Source: an uncultured Candidatus Saccharibacteria bacterium
GTDB taxonomy: Bacteria; Patescibacteriota; Minisyncoccia; 2-02-FULL-40-12; GWA2-44-9
Direction: 5' to 3'
DNA: 58,796 nucleotides
NCBI GenBank assembly: GCA_964436165.1
Contig: CAYTBY010000004.1
Coordinates: 1-58,796, forward strand
The notes under the pieces were generated by a model, which was not told where the DNA came from, ran no database searches, and worked only from the letters and a program-made list of their open reading frames with translations. Of this stretch, positions 1 to 9,190 are shown one piece after another (position 1 is the first letter of the stretch; every line of letters starts with the position of its first letter). Position numbers and translations under genes: made by a program.

Positions 1-1
1 G

Positions 2-145
2 CAGCAGTTCTTTCTCAGAACGATGAACTCCGCCTCCAGTTCCGCTCGGACCTGATTTCTCCTGCTCCAAAGAGGATTTCTTTTCCTGAAGCCGGCGCTC
101 AAGTTCAGCAATATCATGTTCGATTGTAGTTATGTTACTTTCCAT
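2..145 (-). CDS. Hypothetical protein, 5' part (runs off window start)
   Basis: Manual translation MESNITTIEHDIAELERRLQEKKSSLEQEK..., open to the window edge; TATAAT 7 nt upstream of ATG. Confidence 0.7.
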   Translation of the reverse strand, partial: MESNITTIEHDIAELERRLQEKKSSLEQEKSGPSGTGGGVHRSEKELL

Positions 146-153
146 AATATAAA

Positions 154-335
154 TTATACCACGACTGTTTAAAACTTCATATTTCTGTTATCCTATCCCC
201 ATGCCCTCCCAAGAATGCCGACAATTCAAAGAAGACCTGGCTGGCCTTTCTTCCCTCGGGGAAGAGTTTGACCGTCTCTTAAAAACAGCCGTCCCAAGCG
301 GTAAAGAAGAGGAGGTCATACAAAGATGGGAAGAA
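154..335. repeat. 182-bp perfect inverted repeat, left copy
   Basis: Reverse complement of 2385-2566. Confidence 0.95.
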
Positions 336-1445
336 CTGAAGCAAGAGATGATCAGCAAAAAGGAAGGCTTAAGAGAAAAGCTCTGGCCCTTTCCGGAGTT
401 ATCAAGAACAGAGCTGGAATCCCAATACAATAACCAGATCGAGATTCTTGAGAGAACCGGTCTCTTAACTCATCTGGCTAACGGAGAACTGGGGATTAAA
501 CTAAATAACCCTTCGAATTCCTCAGGGCAAGCCATAGAATACCCTCTGCCTAGCTTTCAGGAAATAACCCGAAGAATACGACCCTCCTTCGCTGAAGCTT
601 CGGAGGGCAAGGAAAAAAGAGAAATCTTAAGAACCAAGATCAGCCAGGGCTTCAATCAGCTCCAGATTACCCCCTTAGTCTCAATTGAGACCCTTAAACA
701 AACCCTCGGCCGTCTTCTAGTAGAACATCATCATAACCATAAACTGTTTAAAACTAAGAGGAATCCTACTGTGCCCTCCGAAGCCTTTGGCGTAGGACGG
801 GAAGACAAAGATGAACTCCTGGATCTAGACCTTAATAACCCGGTCTATCTCTATGACCGGTTCCAAGATAACCCTTTATTAAGATATTACCCCAAGGCCT
901 TTGACCCCGATAATCATCAAGGGATAACCAAAGACCAGCTGATTGCCGAAACTAAGGGTTTTAACGTTATTCTCCAGGAAAAGAACCAATTCCTGCCTCA
1001 AGAGAACGAGAATCAGATCGTCCCTTCGAGTCCCTCAGGGCAAGCTAACCAAGGCAAGCCCAATCAGAGAAAAAGAATAGAAAACAACAAAACCCCCATA
1101 GAATACCTTAACCTTCAGAATCCCGCCTCCGTCCAAGACTTCGGCGAGGCAAAGCAATATCAGCACGAATCCTATCTGACCATTGAAGACTGGCTGATTC
1201 AGTTTATCACCCATCTTGAGCAAACCAACCAAGTATCCAATGACTTGGACGACAATAACGCCGTCTGGCTGCCAGGGAACTATCTGCCTCCTACCCTACA
1301 GGAAAGACGACAAAATACTAGTTCTTCGGGCAGGCTCCCGGACGGCGACTGGCTTCGCGACGATCGCCGGGCCAGGGTTGGTTGGGACGATCCCGGTTTT
1401 CGCTTTCCGGCGTGGGGTGTTCGTGCCGCGGTGAGGGTCTCTTAG
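201..1445 (+). CDS. Probable DGR target protein with C-terminal CLec-type variable region
   Basis: C-terminus GRLPDGDWLRDDRRARVGWDDPGFRFPAWGVRAAVRV resembles DGR variable-protein ends; terminal ~110 nt are adenine-poor. Confidence 0.65.
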   Translation: MPSQECRQFKEDLAGLSSLGEEFDRLLKTAVPSGKEEEVIQRWEELKQEMISKKEGLREKLWPFPELSRTELESQYNNQIEILERTGLLTHLANGELGIKLNNPSNSSGQAIEYPLPSFQEITRRIRPSFAEASEGKEKREILRTKISQGFNQLQITPLVSIETLKQTLGRLLVEHHHNHKLFKTKRNPTVPSEAFGVGREDKDELLDLDLNNPVYLYDRFQDNPLLRYYPKAFDPDNHQGITKDQLIAETKGFNVILQEKNQFLPQENENQIVPSSPSGQANQGKPNQRKRIENNKTPIEYLNLQNPASVQDFGEAKQYQHESYLTIEDWLIQFITHLEQTNQVSNDLDDNNAVWLPGNYLPPTLQERRQNTSSSGRLPDGDWLRDDRRARVGWDDPGFRFPAWGVRAAVRVS

Positions 1446-1553
1446 GCTTAAGACTTTTCTTCTTATCTCTTTTCTTATCCCTTAATCTTATTCCTTTCTT
1501 CGAAATTTTTTATGGAAATCTTTGAAGCCTGGCTTGTCGATCTTTCTATATAA

Positions 1554-1976
1554 CTATTGCCGAGAAATAAAATTCAAAATAATCTTTATATAGTCCCGAT
1601 AAGCTGGGATAAACTCTTTGGCTGATTCGTAGAATTTCTTATAGTCCTCGTCAAAATCATATTCATGGACAAGTATATTGCGCAGTTTGGCACTAATTAT
1701 CAACTGCGAAAGCGTCTTTTCTTCAAAAATCCCCAATTTTGCCAAATTGCTGAATGACGAACGATAAGAGTCTGGGGTTTCGCTAGTCCTTTCTATCAGA
1801 ATAGTCGTATTAACATCGCTCGCTAGTTCTACGATGAGCTGAAAATCTCGTTCCGCCGCTCGAATGGAAATCATATCTGAATAAGTAGCCGAAAACGGCT
1901 TTGACAGTAAGTTTTCAAGTTCATTTAGCAAAGCCGCTATTTGTTCTAATTTTTTATGGATTATTTCAATACCCAT
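1554..1976 (-). CDS. HEPN (DUF86/HepT-like) RNase toxin
   Basis: RNILVHEY = Rx4HxY HEPN motif; directly downstream of an MNT gene. Confidence 0.9.
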   Translation of the reverse strand: MGIEIIHKKLEQIAALLNELENLLSKPFSATYSDMISIRAAERDFQLIVELASDVNTTILIERTSETPDSYRSSFSNLAKLGIFEEKTLSQLIISAKLRNILVHEYDFDEDYKKFYESAKEFIPAYRDYIKIILNFISRQ

Positions 1977-1979
1977 TTT

Positions 1980-2330
1980 TTATTTAATACCGGCATTTAG
2001 AACTTCCGCCCGACGTAGCCTGAATTTAGCCGTATCTTGATAGCGTTTCCAAGCAAGTACCTTAAAGCGAAGGAAATCGTATTCTGTTCCTGATAAAAGC
2101 CGGCCGGTTTGGGCAATAGAATGCTGTAATAGCGGCGAAGCGGTATTTAGGTCTACTAAATCGATCAGATCTGAAGAGATATGCATATCCTTGGCTATTT
2201 GTTCTGATACTTCTTCCTTGTCTTTTATAGAAAGGGGGTGATCAGCCAAAACAGCCACATCAATGTCGGATGTAGGTCTTGTATTTCCCGATATTTGAGA
2301 ACCGAAAAGAATTATCAGATTTGTTTTCAT
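1980..2330 (-). CDS. Minimal nucleotidyltransferase antitoxin (MntA-like)
   Basis: LFGS...SDIDVAV motif, 116 aa. Confidence 0.9.
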   Translation of the reverse strand: MKTNLIILFGSQISGNTRPTSDIDVAVLADHPLSIKDKEEVSEQIAKDMHISSDLIDLVDLNTASPLLQHSIAQTGRLLSGTEYDFLRFKVLAWKRYQDTAKFRLRRAEVLNAGIK

Positions 2331-2384
2331 AGAATAAAAATATCATAATTATGATATAGAAACAATATGGTGTATGTTTTACCA

Positions 2385-2566
2385 TTCTTCCCATCTTTGT
2401 ATGACCTCCTCTTCTTTACCGCTTGGGACGGCTGTTTTTAAGAGACGGTCAAACTCTTCCCCGAGGGAAGAAAGGCCAGCCAGGTCTTCTTTGAATTGTC
2501 GGCATTCTTGGGAGGGCATGGGGATAGGATAACAGAAATATGAAGTTTTAAACAGTCGTGGTATAA
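2385..2566. repeat. 182-bp perfect inverted repeat, right copy (carries a truncated duplicate 5' end of the 201..1445 gene)
   Basis: Reverse complement of 154-335; reads MPSQECRQ...RWEEW* from 2519 on the minus strand. Confidence 0.95.
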
Positions 2567-2603
2567 GATAATAAATTTTATGTTAAAATAATTATAGTTA
2601 TAC

Positions 2604-4316
2604 ATGAACAAGGGGGTCAACAAAGAATTTATTATCTTTTTAGTTATTATGGCCGTGGCCGTATTTTTTCGTTTCTATCAGTTGGATTTAGTTCCGCCGG
2701 GCTTATGGCCCGATGAAGCGGCTAATGGCGTCGACGCCTTAAAAGTGCTGGATGAATGTCGAAATGTCGAAATGTCGAAATGTCTTAGCAAGTTTAAGAT
2801 ATTCTATCCGGCCAATAACGGACGGGAAGGATTGTTTATAAATCTCCAGGCATTTTCTATAGCCATATTCAGAGTTGAACCCTGGGCCTTGCGCCTAGTT
2901 TCAGCGATTATGGGCGTTCTGACCATAGCCGGTCTTTATCTGTTAACTCGGTATATTTTTAACTGGCGAATAGCCGCTGTATCAAGCTTTTTCCTGGCCA
3001 TATCATTCTGGCATGTTAACTTTTCTCGGATCGGCTTCCGGGCAATCATGCTGCCCCTTATTTTAGTTTGGGGATTTTACTTTTTATGGCGTGGCCTGCG
3101 AAACGGCCGTTTGAGGGACTTTTTTATTGCCGGCCTTATCACTGGACTAGGTTTTTATACTTATTTTTCATTCCGGATAGCTCCCTTGATCGGACTTATA
3201 CTTTTCTGGAATTATTGGTCATACATTAAAAAAGATTTTTCTTTTTCCAAATATGAACACACCAGAAACCACCTTCTTCGAGGCTTTGCTCTTTTAGTCC
3301 TGACAACAATAATTATAGCTCTGCCGATGATGGTGTATTTTTACGTCCATCCAGATGACTTTCTAAAACGAGAAGGCCGGCCGATATCGGTATTTGCCCA
3401 GGAAAAACCAATCAAGGAATTAGGAATTAGTATAGTTAGGACATTAGGAATGTTCAATTTTACCGGAGACCAAAACCAGCGCCACAATATTCCCGGTTGG
3501 CCGGAATTGTCTCTGCCGATCGGAATTTTATTTATAGCCGGATTTTTGAAAGAGTTATTCCATTGGCTTTCAAGAAAACACGGCCCTCCTTCGCCCAAAG
3601 GCTTCCTCCTTCGCCAAGGCTTCGGAGGACAAGTCGGAGGACACAGCCACTTTTCAACCGTGCACACTTTTCTTTTCAGCTGGTTCTTGGTAATGCTTCT
3701 GCCAGGTTTCTTATCAATCGAAGCCCCTCATGCTTTGCGGGTTATCGGCGTTGTACCGGTCGTAATGATATTCGCCGCCATCGGCTTCTGGTGGTTCGTT
3801 AATCTTATTTCTCGGCTCTACCGAGTTTACGATCCCCACTACCAATTTGATAAGCAAACATACAATCACGAAGCCAAAATACTTATTTCAATCACGGCTT
3901 TAGTCTTTCTTATTTCACTTGGATTTTTAGAATATTCAAGATATTTTATAAGTTGGGGCCTTAACCCAAAAACTAAAGAGGCATTTACCCAAAAATATAT
4001 TGATATCGCTGAATATTTGAACATGATAGACGTTGAGGTGCCAAAATATATTTTAGTTAATGAGGGCGACGTTTTGGTTGATAAAGTACCTAATAATGCC
4101 CAAACGATTAAATATCTAACCAGCACCCACAACCAACAATGCTCAATTCAAAATCAGATATACTATCTGCCTCCCAACCAGCTTTCAACTTTCAGGTTTC
4201 CAGCCCATTATTTCTTAATACCCCTTGCTACTGACCATGAACTTGAAACAACCTTAATTAACCGGCATTATTTATACAAAACACCCCATGAATCTTTCAC
4301 TATTTTCAGCAAATAA
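2604..4316 (+). CDS. GT-C fold membrane glycosyltransferase (ArnT/PMT, GT39/83-like)
   Basis: PPGLWPDEA luminal DE motif, many TM helices, SFWHVNFSR. Confidence 0.85.
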   Translation: MNKGVNKEFIIFLVIMAVAVFFRFYQLDLVPPGLWPDEAANGVDALKVLDECRNVEMSKCLSKFKIFYPANNGREGLFINLQAFSIAIFRVEPWALRLVSAIMGVLTIAGLYLLTRYIFNWRIAAVSSFFLAISFWHVNFSRIGFRAIMLPLILVWGFYFLWRGLRNGRLRDFFIAGLITGLGFYTYFSFRIAPLIGLILFWNYWSYIKKDFSFSKYEHTRNHLLRGFALLVLTTIIIALPMMVYFYVHPDDFLKREGRPISVFAQEKPIKELGISIVRTLGMFNFTGDQNQRHNIPGWPELSLPIGILFIAGFLKELFHWLSRKHGPPSPKGFLLRQGFGGQVGGHSHFSTVHTFLFSWFLVMLLPGFLSIEAPHALRVIGVVPVVMIFAAIGFWWFVNLISRLYRVYDPHYQFDKQTYNHEAKILISITALVFLISLGFLEYSRYFISWGLNPKTKEAFTQKYIDIAEYLNMIDVEVPKYILVNEGDVLVDKVPNNAQTIKYLTSTHNQQCSIQNQIYYLPPNQLSTFRFPAHYFLIPLATDHELETTLINRHYLYKTPHESFTIFSK

Positions 4317-4321
4317 TTCTC

Positions 4322-6118
4322 ATGAATAAATATTCTCTCGATTTAATAGCCCTAATTATCGTGGCCGTGGCTTTAGTTCTGGCCATAACCAGCGTCTGGA
4401 ATGATACGCCGATAGTTGATGAGATACCCCACATCGGAGCCGGTTATTCTTATGTCGCCAAGCTCGACCATCGTTTGAATCCTGAGCACCCTCCCTTAGC
4501 CAAAGATTTAGCCGGTTTATCCTTAAAAATATACGGCATAAATGACGGCCCGGCTTTTGAAAGCCGTTTTTGGCAAAAAGATATAAACGGTCAATGGGAA
4601 TTCGGCCGAAAACTAATATTTAACTCCGGCAATGACCCGATGAGAGTGAGCCGGTTTGCCAAAATGCCGATGTTAATTTTCTTCATAATCTCGGCGATTA
4701 TAGTTTTTGCCTGGGCCAGACAAATATCCGGCTATTTTGCCGCCTCAATGGCTCTGTTCCTATTTGCCCTCTCGCCCACTGTCCTTGCTCATGCAAGATT
4801 TGTAACTACCGATGTCCCGGCGCTTTTCGGAGTGCTTCTATCGTCTTATTTTTTCATCCACTATCTTAAGAATAAGAACAAAAAAAATCTTGCTGCAGCC
4901 GGCATTGCTTTTGGCATCGCCGAACTAACAAAGTTTTCTTTATTTTTATTAGTCCCGTTTTTTTTGGCCCTTTCTATTATTTATGCTCTTTTGAATTTTA
5001 AAGAAAAAAAGATACTACATACTACATACTACATACTACATACTATTCTTATCATTGTCATCGGCTACGTTTTTGTCGTCTGGCCGGTTTATGTCCTCCA
5101 CACCTGGAATTATCCGCCTGAGCTTCAGCACCAGCATACAGAAAATATGCTAAGCACTTATGGCACACGTTCAATCGCTGAAACAGTTATTTATCTATCC
5201 GATAAGCCGATCATTCGGGGTTTGGCTGAATATGGCCTGGGGCTTTTGATGGTTACCCAGCGCTCTGTCGGCGGTAATACCACTTACTTTATGGGTGAAA
5301 TTCGCAACTGGGCCTGGCCCCAATATTTTCCCATTGTTTACTTCATCAAAGAACCTCTCTCATTTTGGCTTTTGTTAACAATCGCATTTTTATACTTTGG
5401 AGCCAAAATTAAAATTACAAATTACAAATTACAAATTACAAAAATTCGAGATTGGTCTCGCAATAACTTCGAAAAATTATTCATGTTAGCCTGGATCCTT
5501 CTTTACTGGTTTGTCAGCATCAGATCAAATCTAAATATCGGCGTCCGCCACCTGATGCCCGTCTATGGATTTACGTTTATACTTTTAGCCGGTGTACTAG
5601 TTAAAATAACTACTTTAATCAATTCGAAAAAGATCCTTACTACTTACTACTTACTACTTACTACTCTCTTCGGATGGTACTTATATGAAAACTTATCCGT
5701 TTACCCCTACTATCTAACCTATTTTAACCAAGTTGCTGGCGGACCTTCGGGAGGTTACAGGTATGTCGTTGACTCTAATTTGGATTGGGGGCAGGACCTG
5801 AAACGTTTAACCGATTGGGTTGAAAATCCGCCAGCTGGCGGAAATATTAATAAAATAAGCTTGGACTATTTCGGCTGGTCAGATCAGACATATTTCTTGA
5901 AAGAAAAGCTTGTTTGGATATCATCTGGAAAATATAAAAATGCCAATGAGTTTCTTCTGGATAATCCGGACGGCGGATATATCGCCGTCTCAGCCAGTTT
6001 CTACATGGGTTCATTTGAAAAACCAGAAACATCTTATGCTTGGCTTGAAAACTATAAACCCGTAACCGTCATCGGGAACAGTATTTTTGTCTGGTATATA
6101 TCTCCACTTCTTCGCTAA
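4322..6118 (+). CDS. GT-C fold membrane glycosyltransferase (PMT-like)
   Basis: DEIPH, NPEHPPLAK, DSNLDWGQD motifs; polytopic. Confidence 0.85.
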   Translation: MNKYSLDLIALIIVAVALVLAITSVWNDTPIVDEIPHIGAGYSYVAKLDHRLNPEHPPLAKDLAGLSLKIYGINDGPAFESRFWQKDINGQWEFGRKLIFNSGNDPMRVSRFAKMPMLIFFIISAIIVFAWARQISGYFAASMALFLFALSPTVLAHARFVTTDVPALFGVLLSSYFFIHYLKNKNKKNLAAAGIAFGIAELTKFSLFLLVPFFLALSIIYALLNFKEKKILHTTYYILHTILIIVIGYVFVVWPVYVLHTWNYPPELQHQHTENMLSTYGTRSIAETVIYLSDKPIIRGLAEYGLGLLMVTQRSVGGNTTYFMGEIRNWAWPQYFPIVYFIKEPLSFWLLLTIAFLYFGAKIKITNYKLQITKIRDWSRNNFEKLFMLAWILLYWFVSIRSNLNIGVRHLMPVYGFTFILLAGVLVKITTLINSKKILTTYYLLLTTLFGWYLYENLSVYPYYLTYFNQVAGGPSGGYRYVVDSNLDWGQDLKRLTDWVENPPAGGNINKISLDYFGWSDQTYFLKEKLVWISSGKYKNANEFLLDNPDGGYIAVSASFYMGSFEKPETSYAWLENYKPVTVIGNSIFVWYISPLLR

Positions 6119-6139
6119 AAGCTTCGAAGTGCACAGCTC

Positions 6140-6690
6140 TAAAATAAAACGACCCTCGGATCCACCGCAACTTATGTGCGTAGAAACCGAGGGTAGCAAA
6201 CTGGCTTTAATTTCAAAGACTCGTGCCAGCAAATACAGTCAAGGCTCTGCCATCTGCCTTGAGGATCGGGGTTGTCCCCGATTAGGTGGCCAGCGACAAC
6301 ACCCATCAAGGTCAGGGAGCGACCGAGTTCATCCCGATCCGTTACTCCCCATAACAGCTGTCGCGGCCATTTCGACGCAAGAACTGCCGACCAACTATGA
6401 GTCCCTGACCCACAGCTCTAATTAGGTCTTTGATCCGCGCAGTTCCTGCAATTTGATTAGCCCAAACCCTTCAACTTAGCTCAGGGTAAAGAGCTCGAAG
6501 AAGCCAATAAACAAGAAACTTACTTTTACGTAGAGATCCCGAAGACATGTTTATAGTCTTTATTTACAATCTTTTAAGGCCTAGTTTATCTTACTTGAAT
6601 GCCTAGATTTGTAGAGTTTTATTGGCTTTTCCGAGCCCTCTGGCCAGCTGAACTGGCCTAAAGACTCGTTTTGATAAGGTACTTATTATT
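6140..6690 (-). ncRNA. Candidate large structured non-coding RNA (~550 nt)
   Basis: Consensus promoter at 6697-6725, no minus-strand ORF, many helices, terminal hairpin 6152-6194 followed by a U-rich tract. Confidence 0.55.
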
Positions 6691-6696
6691 ACTTCC

Positions 6697-6725
6697 AGTA
6701 TAGCAAATCCCACTATAAAAGTCAA
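6697..6725 (-). promoter_or_regulatory. Sigma70-type promoter TTGACT-N17-TATACT
   Basis: Reverse complement reads ttgact tttatagtgggatttgc tatact. Confidence 0.75.
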
Positions 6726-6772
6726 GTAGCCCAGCCCGAGATCGCGGAAAATTAAACATAAGCAAGGGAAAT

Positions 6773-7591
6773 TTATCTGAGTTTCAGATTTATCACCAGA
6801 TCCCCTGGCGGTTGGCCTTCTTTCCCGGTATTGCCGCCTTTTGGAATAACAACCGAATAATTGTTTTCAAGATATTCAGGAATTCTTATTTCCAGTTTCC
6901 TTTTCGTTTTTACTCTGCCCGAACCAGAGCAAATACGACATTCTTTTTCCGGCAGTTTTCTTTTGCCGTGGCATTTCGGACAAATTCCGATTCTCGTAAA
7001 GACGCCGAAGGCGCTCTTGGTTGTCTGCCTAACCTGGCCGGCTCCGCCGCAGGTTCCGCAATTGATCAGCTTGTATCCCTTTTCCACGCCACCGCCATCA
7101 CATGATTCGCACTTATCCAGAACCGAATATTCAAAAATTTTTGTAGTTCCCAGATCCTTTTTACCAATATGAGCTTCTAGGTAAATATCCTCACCTTTAG
7201 CTGGCTCTTCCTGATATGCCGGCCGAGCGTAGCCTCCGCCGCCCATCATATCGGAAAAGGCCTCAAAAATATCTTCGAATCCTCCCCCGCTTCGTCCTCC
7301 CCGAAATCCGCCGAATATATCAGAAAAATCAAAATCTTGTCCTCCATAGGCGGATCCGCCTCCGGCGGAAAAAGCACCATCGTTATAGGCAGAACCAAAA
7401 TTGTCATAGCTCGAACGCTTTCTGGGGTCAGATAAAACCTGATAGGCCTCGTTAACCTCTTTGAATTTCGCCTCATTCCCGCCCTGCTTGTCGGGATGAT
7501 ATTGATGGGCCATCTTGCGGTAAGCCTTCTTAACCTCCTCTTCGGACGCGGTTCTTGGTATGCCTAATATTTGATAATAGTCGTGTGGCAT
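6773..7591 (-). CDS. dnaJ: DnaJ chaperone, short form
   Basis: J domain with HPD, G/F region, four CxxCxGxG-type repeats; ends early at [10 protein letters not shown]. Confidence 0.9.
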   Translation of the reverse strand: MPHDYYQILGIPRTASEEEVKKAYRKMAHQYHPDKQGGNEAKFKEVNEAYQVLSDPRKRSSYDNFGSAYNDGAFSAGGGSAYGGQDFDFSDIFGGFRGGRSGGGFEDIFEAFSDMMGGGGYARPAYQEEPAKGEDIYLEAHIGKKDLGTTKIFEYSVLDKCESCDGGGVEKGYKLINCGTCGGAGQVRQTTKSAFGVFTRIGICPKCHGKRKLPEKECRICSGSGRVKTKRKLEIRIPEYLENNYSVVIPKGGNTGKEGQPPGDLVINLKLR

Positions 7592-7698
7592 AGTTTAAAA
7601 TAAATTTTTTAATTTAGAATTTTTAATTTTTATTGAATTTATAATTTTAAAATTAGTCATTGAAAATTGATTGAAAATTTTAAATTAAAAATTGGAAA

Positions 7699-8496
7699 TT
7701 ATATCGTAATTCTTTCTGCCTTAATATCATATTCTTCAATCCTGAAAAAGTTAGTCTTCTTTAAAATCCAGAATATTGCCATTCCCAGAAACACACTTAG
7801 CCAAATAAATATCCAGCCGACTCCCCATAATACCAGAAACAGTCCAAAGGCCAAGGCCGGTGGAGCATATTGGAAATAAGGCTCCAAAAAAGAGTTAGCT
7901 TGCCCGACTAATTCCTTAGTCGCCTGATTCAAGACCAGCTCTTTTTGCTGAGGAGTTGCTTCGGCTAACTGGCCGCCCAGAGTTTGTTCAATGATAGTTT
8001 TAATAAAAATCTCGCTTGATGACGGCAATTGCTGGATATTTTTAAAACTTTCTATGGCCGGGCTTCCATAAGCGGCAAAAGAAACCAGAACAAACAATCC
8101 CAACACCAAACTAGGCAAACTTTTCCTAATCAATAACCTGGAATTCATTTTTATTCTCTCCCGCATTTCTCCGGAGACCAAATCATCGGCATGAATGAAC
8201 AGTAGGATCAGTATTGTAACTCCCACAAGATTAAAATTAGAAACACCGAACATTACAAAATACATCAGACCGACGATCCCGCTCAATATAATTCCCTCTT
8301 TCTTGCCCCTAAAGCATAGAAAACCGAGAGATAAAATTGATATTAATACCGTTAAGAGGGCGCCGAAGATACCGAAATAGCTGGAATTGCTCTCAAAAAG
8401 CGGAACCGAAAGCCACATTCTTGCACTCGCCCACATCCAAAAGCTGGCTACCGCCACCAGCACGCACCACAATATAAATTTATTCGTTTTGGACAT
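7699..8496 (-). CDS. Hypothetical polytopic membrane protein
   Basis: 265-aa ORF with about 6 hydrophobic segments. Confidence 0.8.
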   Translation of the reverse strand: MSKTNKFILWCVLVAVASFWMWASARMWLSVPLFESNSSYFGIFGALLTVLISILSLGFLCFRGKKEGIILSGIVGLMYFVMFGVSNFNLVGVTILILLFIHADDLVSGEMRERIKMNSRLLIRKSLPSLVLGLFVLVSFAAYGSPAIESFKNIQQLPSSSEIFIKTIIEQTLGGQLAEATPQQKELVLNQATKELVGQANSFLEPYFQYAPPALAFGLFLVLWGVGWIFIWLSVFLGMAIFWILKKTNFFRIEEYDIKAERITI

Positions 8497-8530
8497 TATT
8501 TGGAATATTTCCCGCTTCCGCCTTATTAAT

Positions 8531-8680
8531 AAATCTCGCTCTCGGCTATTGTCTTTCGCTACCGTTCGCTCGCCCAGCGAGCTCGCTCACTGCTTTTCGT
8601 CGCTACCTCTCTCGAAGACTCGAACCATGCCCGTCCGCTCCTCGAAGCGCGCGAGAAGACAATAGCCTGCGCTCGATTTT
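8531..8680. repeat. MITE-like structured element, related to 27873-28021
   Basis: Arms ggctattgtctt/aagacaatagcc; shared core tcgctacc.ttcg...cccagcgag. Confidence 0.65.
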
Positions 8681-8743
8681 AAATTTTGAAGGCTGCGCAG
8701 AAATATTCTATTTTAAACGTCTTTTTACTCATTTTAGTTGGAT

Positions 8744-8772
8744 TTGACATTTTTCATTTATTCCAATAGAAT
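8744..8772 (+). promoter_or_regulatory. Sigma70-type promoter TTGACA-N17-TAGAAT
   Basis: Upstream of ORF 8799. Confidence 0.65.
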
Positions 8773-8798
8773 AATAATGCTGTATTATTAAGGAGTGC

Positions 8799-9014
8799 AT
8801 GATGGACAGAAAAACGCTCGCATGGGTATATGATGTAGCCGGGTTTGCAAGTGCAATACTTATCGGCCTTGGAACGTCAAGCTGGCTTGTGGGAATCGGC
8901 GTACTTCTTGGCTTTGCCGCAATACATGCCGCAACTGAAAAAGTGGGACTAGATCTTTATTTACATAGCCGAGCTATTGAAAAAGCTGAGGCTTCAGCTC
9001 GTAATCTCCATTAA
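8799..9014 (+). CDS. Small membrane protein
   Basis: AAGGAG RBS, own promoter, two hydrophobic segments. Confidence 0.7.
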   Translation: MMDRKTLAWVYDVAGFASAILIGLGTSSWLVGIGVLLGFAAIHAATEKVGLDLYLHSRAIEKAEASARNLH

Positions 9015-9190
9015 TTACGGGCTTTTTTATTGGCCAGGTAACAAAAATAATCAAAAACGAGAGTAATTGCTTTTGAGGAACATCCCGCAGGCGATTTGGC
9101 TTGGTTTTCTTAACAAATCGCCGAGGGCGAAGAAATTTTTGCCGCTGGAGCAAAAATATTCTGTTTCCGAAAAGGCGATTACTCGAGTGA

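Noticed and set aside
6087-6425. 112-aa plus-strand ORF, or a DGR template repeat in this region
   Set aside because: Overlaps the upstream gene end, has no recognisable motifs or similarity to 1330-1445; better explained by the minus-strand structured RNA
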